Under the pieces are notes generated by a model. The model searched no databases. It had not been told where the DNA came from and saw nothing but the letters and a program-made list of their open reading frames with translations. A stretch of 64,000 nt of DNA from the IMG/VR virus record IMGVR_UViG_3300025009_000050, positions 1 to 64,000 of that record. One strand, written 5' to 3'. Positions 9,894-17,395 of the stretch are shown here, piece after piece; within the stretch, counting starts at the first letter, position 1; each line of letters starts with the position of its first letter. Both the position numbers and the translations under genes were made by a program.

Positions 9894-9922
9894 TTGCATG
9901 GAGTATAAGGTAATGGTATAAT
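9894..9922 (+). promoter_or_regulatory. SigmaA-type promoter
   Basis: TTGCAT-17 nt-TATAAT with extended -10 TG. Confidence 0.65.
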
Positions 9923-9962
9923 GGGAATAAGATTACGGCAGTAGTCTTTTTTTCCCTTATAT

Positions 9963-9988
9963 CCTCCCATGTGGAGGAATTTTTTTTG
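9963..9988 (+). terminator. Intrinsic terminator
   Basis: TCCTCC-CATGT-GGAGGA followed by a T8 tract. Confidence 0.7.
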
Positions 9989-10221
9989 AAGGATATAATG
10001 GAGGTTGGGTTATGCCAATTGGGTGGAGTAATTACGATCCTAACGATTATGATAGGCCAATTAGAAAGAGATCTAAAGAAGGTAACTTCGATGTAAAAAT
10101 CTTTACCGTATTATTCTTTATTATAATAGCTTTAGGATTAATCTATAAGAACTTCTAGGTATAAAGATGAGTGCTCATCAAAGTGAATAGTCATATTTAT
10201 ACTACAAAGGTGGTGATATAA

Positions 10222-10587
10222 ATACATAGCTCAAGTTCTACTGTAGCGTTTTTCATTGTATTTTTAACGATATTATTAACATCAATAGCGACGTTCGTAC
10301 TGGTTAAATCAAATACTAAAATAAGACTAGAGGCTGAAGCTAAAAACATAGCTGACAAGGCTTTAGACGAACAAGTTGAACGTAGAAGAAAAGCTTATCT
10401 TGAGGTAGAAAGAGAAATTATTCTTCGTTGTGCAGAAAAACATTTAATATGTCATGATGGTGATTATTTTGTTATCACTATGGATAATGGTGTCAAGTTT
10501 ATGAAATTGTATAACAAAGAAAACATTATTAAAATATCTGTACCATATAACGTTATCAAATTCCTATTTGAACAGGAGGATGAGTAA
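10222..10587 (+). CDS. Membrane-anchored hypothetical protein (121 aa), ATA start, absent from the ORF track
   Basis: AAAGGTGGTG SD; the ATA directly follows an in-frame TAA; N-terminal TM (VAFFIVFLTILLTSIATFVLV); open for 121 codons. Confidence 0.6.
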   Translation: MHSSSSTVAFFIVFLTILLTSIATFVLVKSNTKIRLEAEAKNIADKALDEQVERRRKAYLEVEREIILRCAEKHLICHDGDYFVITMDNGVKFMKLYNKENIIKISVPYNVIKFLFEQEDE

Positions 10588-11092
10588 TTTGGATACATTA
10601 CCTTTAGAGGATTCTGTAATAATAGATAATATTCCGCATCGTAAGTGGAAATGTGGTATATGCGAAACTCATTATTATGTTAATCAGGAAACCTTTAATA
10701 TACTTGAGAAGATAGGCTCATGCGCCGAATGTCAAAAAGAAATGACGTATGAACAAGCTATGGGAGAAGATTTATAACTGTGGATAGCCATGCCTCATGT
10801 AGCGAGTATCTGCTGGGAGGATAAGCTCGAAGACCAGTTCAAGCCCAGACATAGCGTCTTGACGGAAGCTGCCTATGCTGAGGTAGGTGGAGCTGTAATA
10901 CTAACGAGGCTCAGATGCGATGACGAAACAGTTATAGTTTTGTATTAGGAGGTAGTAGCTCTATGTTCACAAGGAAAGAATTAGAGATGCTCGTGTCTTG
11001 GGATACAGGAGGCATGATGTTAATTGGTTTTATTATGATGATTTCTGGATTGTGCTGCGTAGCTACTCTCTGTTCAAGGTAGGAGGTGCTCA

Positions 11093-11425
11093 ATGAGATT
11101 ATTAATATGCCTGCTGCTATTTATTCTACTAACTGGTTGTAACCAGAAATTAGAAGGTGACGTAAGTAAATATGTTGAGCATAAGGAGCAGCTAAACGGT
11201 GTCATAGTTTACGAAAGAGATTATCGATACAAAATTATTCTTGAAGGAATACTTGTAGGAAACGATGGCAAAGTTAAACTTCTTAACAAATGCACAAGTT
11301 GTGCAAATGTGAATAATGGTGACATCGTCGATATAGTCTATTACCCTAAATCTAAGAATGTAATTGAAATCAAGGTTGTAGGTCATACTGATGAAAGACT
11401 TACTTGGGGCTATAAAATAGAGTAG
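11093..11425 (+). CDS. Putative lipoprotein
   Basis: Signal peptide ending in the lipobox LLTGC. Confidence 0.65.
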   Translation: MRLLICLLLFILLTGCNQKLEGDVSKYVEHKEQLNGVIVYERDYRYKIILEGILVGNDGKVKLLNKCTSCANVNNGDIVDIVYYPKSKNVIEIKVVGHTDERLTWGYKIE

Positions 11426-11432
11426 GTGAAAT

Positions 11433-11705
11433 ATGGAACCAATATTAAGAGATAATCCAATTCCCAGTGATAAGCTAGCCAAGGTATTACATCCGTCTGC
11501 TCAATTTAGCTGCAAACACATTGTATATAATCATTGCAATGACGATATATCGTATATCACACTATTAGCAAAAGACGTATCAGAAGTAGATGTATACGTT
11601 ATGTGTATGAAAGATATGTATAACAGATTATGTGATGGGAGGTGTAAATACTATGAGTCTACGTTAATCAATAGGTTACTGAGATTAATTGGGGGAGGAG
11701 AATGA
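11433..11705 (+). CDS. Hypothetical Cys-containing protein
   Basis: 90-aa ORF with SD. Confidence 0.5.
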   Translation: MEPILRDNPIPSDKLAKVLHPSAQFSCKHIVYNHCNDDISYITLLAKDVSEVDVYVMCMKDMYNRLCDGRCKYYESTLINRLLRLIGGGE

Positions 11706-11706
11706 T

Positions 11707-12267
11707 ATGGCAATAATAATGATCATTATAGGACTAATCCTAAACTTCACATCAATGTTTATGGCAATAGATGAGGATAAGCGCTGTTGGCCAGTAGCAA
11801 TAGTTAGTATGATAGCTACTGCCGTAGGATCTTACTACCTTAAAGATTATCCTGATTTATATATGCAAGTACCACTTTTAATAATTAGTATTTATGGATG
11901 GTGGAGATGGTCACATCTTATGCTTGATGGAAGTATACTACAAATCTCACATGAAACTGATAAAGAAACTGGTATCCATACAATAGCTGGTATAGTGTTA
12001 TTTACCATAGCATACATACTTCTTTTGCTGTATACCAATATGCCTTATGTGACGGGATATGCTCTAGCAATAGCGTATGGAATACTTTCTCAATATGTTA
12101 TGGCTGAGAAGAAGGTAGAATGCTGGATATACCTTGGAATAGCAAGCATAGTAGTTGTTATCCTTTCATTAATAAGAGACGAAATTCCTATGGCAATAAT
12201 CAGCGTTATAGTTGCAGGTATTTCAGTAAAAGGTTTTTATACCTGGAAAAGAAGGAGGGGACTATAA
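11707..12267 (+). CDS. pnuC: PnuC-like nicotinamide riboside transporter
   Basis: Multi-TM protein with YPDLYMQ...SIYGWWRW, KKVECW and GFYTW motifs typical of PnuC. Confidence 0.7.
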   Translation: MAIIMIIIGLILNFTSMFMAIDEDKRCWPVAIVSMIATAVGSYYLKDYPDLYMQVPLLIISIYGWWRWSHLMLDGSILQISHETDKETGIHTIAGIVLFTIAYILLLLYTNMPYVTGYALAIAYGILSQYVMAEKKVECWIYLGIASIVVVILSLIRDEIPMAIISVIVAGISVKGFYTWKRRRGL

Positions 12268-12629
12268 TTAAAGGTAAACACGTAGCGATGATTGCAGTTG
12301 CTCTGCTTCTGGTGATCATATTAGCCGTTAGTTGCTCAAGTCACCCACGACCTGTTCCGGTTACGCATAATGTAATACCAAATCCGGTAGTACAAAGTCC
12401 AGCAGTAGTGCATCAGAGTCCTGTAGTTGTTCATACTCCAGTATACGTACCTACACCAGTGTATCATGCACCAGCACCAGTCATAAATAAAACAATCATT
12501 GTTAACAAACAACCAGTTAATACTGCACCATCTACAACAGTAACTAAACCAGCTCCTGTAACTATAAGTAAACCTGCTGTTATAAAACCGACTATGAAAT
12601 CAGGTACTGGTACTGTAACAAGGAAGTGA
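12264..12629 (+). CDS. Pro/Val/Thr-rich exported or lipoprotein, non-ATG start likely
   Basis: Hydrophobic helix ending LAVSC, then low-complexity PVV/TKP repeats; AAGGAGGGG SD before ATA/ATT. Confidence 0.55.
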   Translation: MIKGKHVAMIAVALLLVIILAVSCSSHPRPVPVTHNVIPNPVVQSPAVVHQSPVVVHTPVYVPTPVYHAPAPVINKTIIVNKQPVNTAPSTTVTKPAPVTISKPAVIKPTMKSGTGTVTRK

Positions 12630-12633
12630 GATT

Positions 12634-12840
12634 ATGTATAGAAAAGGTTTTATGATTGTATGTGGTAACTGCGGGGCGAAGGTGGACCTAACGCAGGAAG
12701 ATATTGAGGAACGTAAGAAGAAGTCTGATGATCTGGGTGAAGCATTTAATAACTACCCAGTGAAGAATGGCTGTGATTACACGTATGTTGAATGTCCATC
12801 AGATTGTGGGAATCAGATTATTATTCCAATTCTCACTTAA
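12634..12840 (+). CDS. Zinc-ribbon protein
   Basis: IVCGNCG...VECPSDCG. Confidence 0.55.
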   Translation: MYRKGFMIVCGNCGAKVDLTQEDIEERKKKSDDLGEAFNNYPVKNGCDYTYVECPSDCGNQIIIPILT

Positions 12841-12858
12841 TTAAAAATATATAAGGAG

Positions 12859-13674
12859 TTGTTGAAAATGAAAGGCGAGTTTATCGGTACAGACGTTTTT
12901 GATGCAGGAGAGCAAGTTGAAGAGACACAGCCTATGAATTGTCTCACAACATATAATCCTGACAGTGCTATGGGAGCTCATATGTCAGTATTATTTAATG
13001 GTGTTGATTTTACCGGGCTTAATGCAGCCATTGAGAATATGGCTAGTAGCAGTAGGGACCTCCTTCCCGAAGAAAAGACCATGGCAGTCAGTATTATTGA
13101 CGACTGGCAGAGAGGTGTTGTTAATAGACTCAACGACCATGATAAGTCATTGAAAGAGTTTCTCAACTACTTCACTGGCAATACAACTATCGCTCCTAGT
13201 AACGGCTATAATAACTATTATAAAGCATATGGAGTTACTGAAGAAGCTGTCGAAGAGATTGCTGGCGCTACTGGCAAGATGCATGAATTTGGTGCCTTTA
13301 AGCAAGCAGTAAGCGCAATTGAAGAATTCAGAAAAACTGCACCGACCAGGCCAGAAGAAGACGATGATGTTCCGTATTCTGAGTATGCAGTAGCGCTGAA
13401 ACAATACGAAGTTGAACTAGTCAAATACAACCTGCAGATTAAAAAGCTCGACCGGAATATTAAGAAAGCTGAAGTAGATATGAAAGCGGCCATCATTGTT
13501 CATCCTGATTTTGCTGCGATGGTTAAGAAGATTAAAAAGTACTCCCGGAATGTTACTAAGTATGCTGCTGATTGCAGAAACTTAACCACAGTTGCTAAGA
13601 TGAATGTTACTATCGGCTCGAAAGAAGCAAGAGAATCACTGAGAACCTTGCTAGACTTCGTAGTTAGTTTGTGA
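12859..13674 (+). CDS. Hypothetical coiled-coil protein
   Basis: 271-aa ORF with AAGGAG SD and a helical C-terminal half. Confidence 0.65.
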   Translation: MLKMKGEFIGTDVFDAGEQVEETQPMNCLTTYNPDSAMGAHMSVLFNGVDFTGLNAAIENMASSSRDLLPEEKTMAVSIIDDWQRGVVNRLNDHDKSLKEFLNYFTGNTTIAPSNGYNNYYKAYGVTEEAVEEIAGATGKMHEFGAFKQAVSAIEEFRKTAPTRPEEDDDVPYSEYAVALKQYEVELVKYNLQIKKLDRNIKKAEVDMKAAIIVHPDFAAMVKKIKKYSRNVTKYAADCRNLTTVAKMNVTIGSKEARESLRTLLDFVVSL

Positions 13675-13675
13675 T

Positions 13676-14512
13676 ATGTACAGTGCATATGATATCAACC
13701 CGGTAGAAGAGCTATTTAAATCGATTAAGCTACTCCAAAGTTACGATGAATGTGCTGTGGAAGTTGACCTACTAGTAAAAAAGCTAGTAGGTTACATTAC
13801 CACAGAGAAAAATGGTATCAGAGTGTATGGGAAAGATATTAAGTACTATCCCAATGGTCTATGTACTAGAATACGTGGTACAGGTAGCAATATAAATAGA
13901 GCTGATATCTTACTTCCGGAATGGGAACCTCAGACTGAAACTCCGGAACCAGTTAAAGAAAAATCTAATGATATGAAGAGGATGCTTACTAAGTTAACTG
14001 AATTTAATCTTCTATGGGGGCTACAGATTAAAGAGCATCTTGGTCTTAAATACATAGTCACTAAGGATCGTAAGATTGAAGTGGCTAAATTAGTTGCTAA
14101 GTATGAGGAATTCGATAAAGTTATTCAAGAGACAGGCAATCCTATCCCAGAAATAGTGATGAAAAATTTTATCAAAAGAATCGATACGATTACACATCGC
14201 TTTATCTATTTCCTAAGAAATAACGCAAATATGTATGGTTACAATAGTAATTCCGATTTCTGCTACCTAAAGAAGGAATACCGTGACCTGATATCTGTAT
14301 TAGTACAAACTGAAACTGATACCTACTATCTTCATAGTAAACTTGCTGATATCTTCAAAGGAATCAAGAGAAATCCGCCCATCACCTTTGATAAGATTGA
14401 AATTACTGTACATGATACACAAAGAAATTTAATTATCAATCGTTACAATACTCTTAAATCAATTGAAGATGAAAACCTTAAGAAGGTAATGACCAGGTTA
14501 GGCATTATATAG
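13676..14512 (+). CDS. Hypothetical protein
   Basis: 278-aa ORF coupled to the upstream gene. Confidence 0.6.
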   Translation: MYSAYDINPVEELFKSIKLLQSYDECAVEVDLLVKKLVGYITTEKNGIRVYGKDIKYYPNGLCTRIRGTGSNINRADILLPEWEPQTETPEPVKEKSNDMKRMLTKLTEFNLLWGLQIKEHLGLKYIVTKDRKIEVAKLVAKYEEFDKVIQETGNPIPEIVMKNFIKRIDTITHRFIYFLRNNANMYGYNSNSDFCYLKKEYRDLISVLVQTETDTYYLHSKLADIFKGIKRNPPITFDKIEITVHDTQRNLIINRYNTLKSIEDENLKKVMTRLGII

Positions 14513-14533
14513 GTGCACAATATTGTGCACCTA
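14510..14533. repeat. Perfect 24-bp palindrome
   Basis: TAGGTGCACAAT/ATTGTGCACCTA with no spacer. Confidence 0.9.
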
Positions 14534-14574
14534 AGTATTTATACATATGGTAGGCGTGCTTACTATATTTATGA

Positions 14575-14844
14575 ATGCTGGGAGGCAATATGATGAAGTG
14601 CAATAATTGCCATACTCGTATAAGTGAAAAGTATAATTACTGTCCGAAATGTGGTGTTGAACTACAGCAGAAAGTAGAAGCACCTACGGAAAAAGATCAT
14701 GTGTCTATTCATGTAGGATCTGACATCTTAGCCGCCCATAAAGTTTTAAGTCCAGAAGAAATCATGGAAAAGCTTGTAAGAATATACCCAGAACACAAGT
14801 ATTCTTCGCTTGTAAGAGTTGGTAATAGATACAAAGTTAGGTAA
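14575..14844 (+). CDS. Zinc-ribbon protein (paralog of 32587-32868)
   Basis: MKCNNC...YCPKCG; C-terminal IYP..K.SS...V...Y.VR is shared with the paralog. Confidence 0.6.
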   Translation: MLGGNMMKCNNCHTRISEKYNYCPKCGVELQQKVEAPTEKDHVSIHVGSDILAAHKVLSPEEIMEKLVRIYPEHKYSSLVRVGNRYKVR

Positions 14845-14912
14845 TAATAAATTCCATAGGGTGGTGTTTATCATGTAACAGACATGTAGTACCTCATATT
14901 ATATTTGGAGGA

Positions 14913-15467
14913 GTGTTCTATATGCTGTCTGCTGCTATTATTGGTTCAAGAGAACCAAGTTATGCTCAACGTAAAGTTGCTGAATTATACACCAGTACGC
15001 TAATCCAATTAGGATTTAAGATCCGTACAGGTGGTGCAGTAGGGATTGATGAGATTGCTATGAGAGTAACTAGTCAGATGGGTGGTGAACTAGAAGTAGT
15101 ACTACCATGGGCAAGTTATAATAGTGATTTAATCACTAAGTATAAACCTCAATCAATGCTTGTATTTGATCCTAAGATTCATCAACTATGGGAGCAGACG
15201 GTACATGAGTTTCATCCAAATCCTAAAGCATTAGCTCCTGCGGCTATTAAGTTACATGCCAGGAACTTTCCTATAGTGGGACTTTCCGACATTACAGTTG
15301 CATTGCCAGGAGCTACAGGTGGTGGGACAATGCAGGGGATTAGAATTGCCAGAGGATACAAGCTGCCTCTAATCACATTCCAGCATGTATTACCACTCAG
15401 TGCTATAGAATTAAATGTTCCATCCTTCGTAACAATGGTTAGATATGTGATGGGCAATGCAGCCTAA
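14913..15467 (+). CDS. SLOG-family (DprA/Smf-like) protein
   Basis: AIIGSRE...GFKIRTGGAVGID...ARNFPIV...GGTMQGI. Confidence 0.75.
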   Translation: MFYMLSAAIIGSREPSYAQRKVAELYTSTLIQLGFKIRTGGAVGIDEIAMRVTSQMGGELEVVLPWASYNSDLITKYKPQSMLVFDPKIHQLWEQTVHEFHPNPKALAPAAIKLHARNFPIVGLSDITVALPGATGGGTMQGIRIARGYKLPLITFQHVLPLSAIELNVPSFVTMVRYVMGNAA

Positions 15468-15535
15468 TCACATTCTACATACTTAGGCCAAGAGCCTGCT
15501 AGTGAGTAAATAATAATCTAGAGGAGGAATTTAGA

Positions 15536-16066
15536 ATGGTATTATCAGTAGCTGAAAGGTTAGCACAATTAAGAGAAAGCGCAAAAATTGGGACAGGTAG
15601 TCCTGCACCTACATTGAGATCAATACCTAACCCAACAGGAATAAGACCATCATTTGATGGTAGTTCCTCAGCGGACATGTGGTATCTGTCAGATGATCCA
15701 TCACGTGGGTTGGATAAGGTAACATCCCAACGTGAAAACCCACTACTCGGCATCAATTCAATCCAGTTTGTCGAGGGTAAGAGCGAGAATCAAACCGCCT
15801 ACAATATCCTTGGCAGAGTAACCTTAAGAACGGCGGTTGCTGACATCTTTAATATCACTGTTTTCTACCGTCCACTGGATGATGGCCGCTTCTCACTCAG
15901 TCTTAAAGATCCATCTTATAAGGTGCAAAGGGAAGGGAAGGAAAAGCCTGACTACGTATCTGACATTAAGATAAATGATGCAGTCAAGGCACAAATACTC
16001 CGTCACTTGCATTATGGAATCAAAACTAACCGTGAGTGGGCAGAAGCGCGAGGAATCGAGTATTAA
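15536..16066 (+). CDS. Hypothetical protein, possibly SpoVG-like fold (paralog of 19776-20171)
   Basis: WYL..VTS...N.LLGIN.I and KAQIL are shared with 19776; the beta-strand pattern recalls SpoVG. Confidence 0.45.
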   Translation: MVLSVAERLAQLRESAKIGTGSPAPTLRSIPNPTGIRPSFDGSSSADMWYLSDDPSRGLDKVTSQRENPLLGINSIQFVEGKSENQTAYNILGRVTLRTAVADIFNITVFYRPLDDGRFSLSLKDPSYKVQREGKEKPDYVSDIKINDAVKAQILRHLHYGIKTNREWAEARGIEY

Positions 16067-16075
16067 TATCTTTAA

Positions 16076-16107
16076 GATGCATGTATAGTTCTTGTTATAC
16101 ATGCATC
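16076..16107 (+). terminator. Inverted repeat, probable terminator
   Basis: GATGCATGTATA-GTTCTTGT-TATACATGCATC. Confidence 0.6.
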
Positions 16108-16119
16108 AAACAATAGGAG

Positions 16120-16780
16120 GTGTTCAAGTTAGTAGTATTGAATAAGGAGTATGAAGACAATACACTTTATTCACTTATAAACGGAAGACCAATTAAATGC
16201 GTTAAAGGTGCCGTAAATCTAGGTTTTAAACCTGGTAAGCTGAATCCCGCAGGCTTTATGGTCGTTTTAGGTGAATGCTTAAACAATGCAGGAACTAAGT
16301 CTCTTGAACTTGGCATTCAGAAATGTAATAGCTGTTTACAGGAACAAGAGACTGTTCTTGTGGTAATTAAACGTGGATTGGTATATTGGGCAGATGTTTA
16401 CTGCAAGGATTGTGCAGACTTAACACTGCAATTTACCGAAGGGAATGGGGGGTAACATGGCAGACCAGTTTTTATTTAATAAGTTTTACACCTTAATCAA
16501 TGGCTTTGCTTCTGAAGTAGCTACCACCTATGTTAAGAACCAAGGATACGCACTTGGTGATCGGATAATGTCAGGTGGAGTGTTGGTTGACGGTGAATGT
16601 TTGAATAATATTGGTAAGAAGTCTGCATTCATCAGTGCGGGAGCTTGTGACAAATGCTCAACATATCATAATGAGCGCGTGTTACTTATAACTAAGCTAA
16701 AGAACAACCGCTACCACGCCAATAGATATTGCAGAACATGCATTGAATGTGAGTTAGGAAAGAAAGTAGCTGCTGGCTAA
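16120..16780 (+). other. Tandem paralogous zinc-binding proteins (16120-16455 and ~16457-16780)
   Basis: Both contain GECLNNxGxKS...CxxC...YCxxC. Confidence 0.7.
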
Positions 16781-16804
16781 ATATCCTAAAGGGGGAAGAT
16801 AAAA

Positions 16805-17383
16805 TTGAGATTCTGCTTGTTAACTAAAGGCTACATTAAAGCTGTTCATCTTTATAATCGGAACAAACTGCCCATGCAGAGAGTATGTAAGTGCTGTGGA
16901 AATAAATGGGCACTTATAAGTTCTCATTGGGTCCAAGTTCAGAAACTACTTAAGAACAAAAATAAGGACACAATGGCAAATTATAATTATATCTGCAAAG
17001 AGTGCGATCCCAAAGATGAAGCATATGCTGCGAAACAGACAATGTCATGCAGACAATGCCGTGAGAATCGCACAGCAAGACCTTCATATTACAGCAATGT
17101 ATCAATGGAGGTCAGCCTTGTTACAGGCGGTAATAGATGCACTTCCCCTGGAACGGATGAAACATTGAATATACTTAAGACAACATCAGATTCATGTTGT
17201 GAAGCTGATTGTCCGGTATTCCTGGAGTTAATTGAAGCAAGAAATACCGGAATAATGAAGAGAGGAGTCCTTCTTGATCCTTGTGAAAACTGTACAAGGT
17301 ACTGGAATAAATACCATGAAGAAGGCCCTTGTACTGGTAAATTTGTAGACCAAGGTGAGTGTATCACCTATTATATTAAATAA
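16805..17383 (+). CDS. Cys-rich hypothetical protein
   Basis: Multiple CxxC pairs (CKCC, CKEC, CRQC, CENC). Confidence 0.6.
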   Translation: MRFCLLTKGYIKAVHLYNRNKLPMQRVCKCCGNKWALISSHWVQVQKLLKNKNKDTMANYNYICKECDPKDEAYAAKQTMSCRQCRENRTARPSYYSNVSMEVSLVTGGNRCTSPGTDETLNILKTTSDSCCEADCPVFLELIEARNTGIMKRGVLLDPCENCTRYWNKYHEEGPCTGKFVDQGECITYYIK

Positions 17384-17395
17384 GGAGGAATTACA

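Noticed and set aside
10790-10948. GC-richer hairpin-prone segment with a GATGACGAAAC hammerhead-like word
   Set aside because: The CUGAUGA core and three-stem junction are missing, and a 52-codon ORF (MPHVASICWED...) explains the interval equally well.
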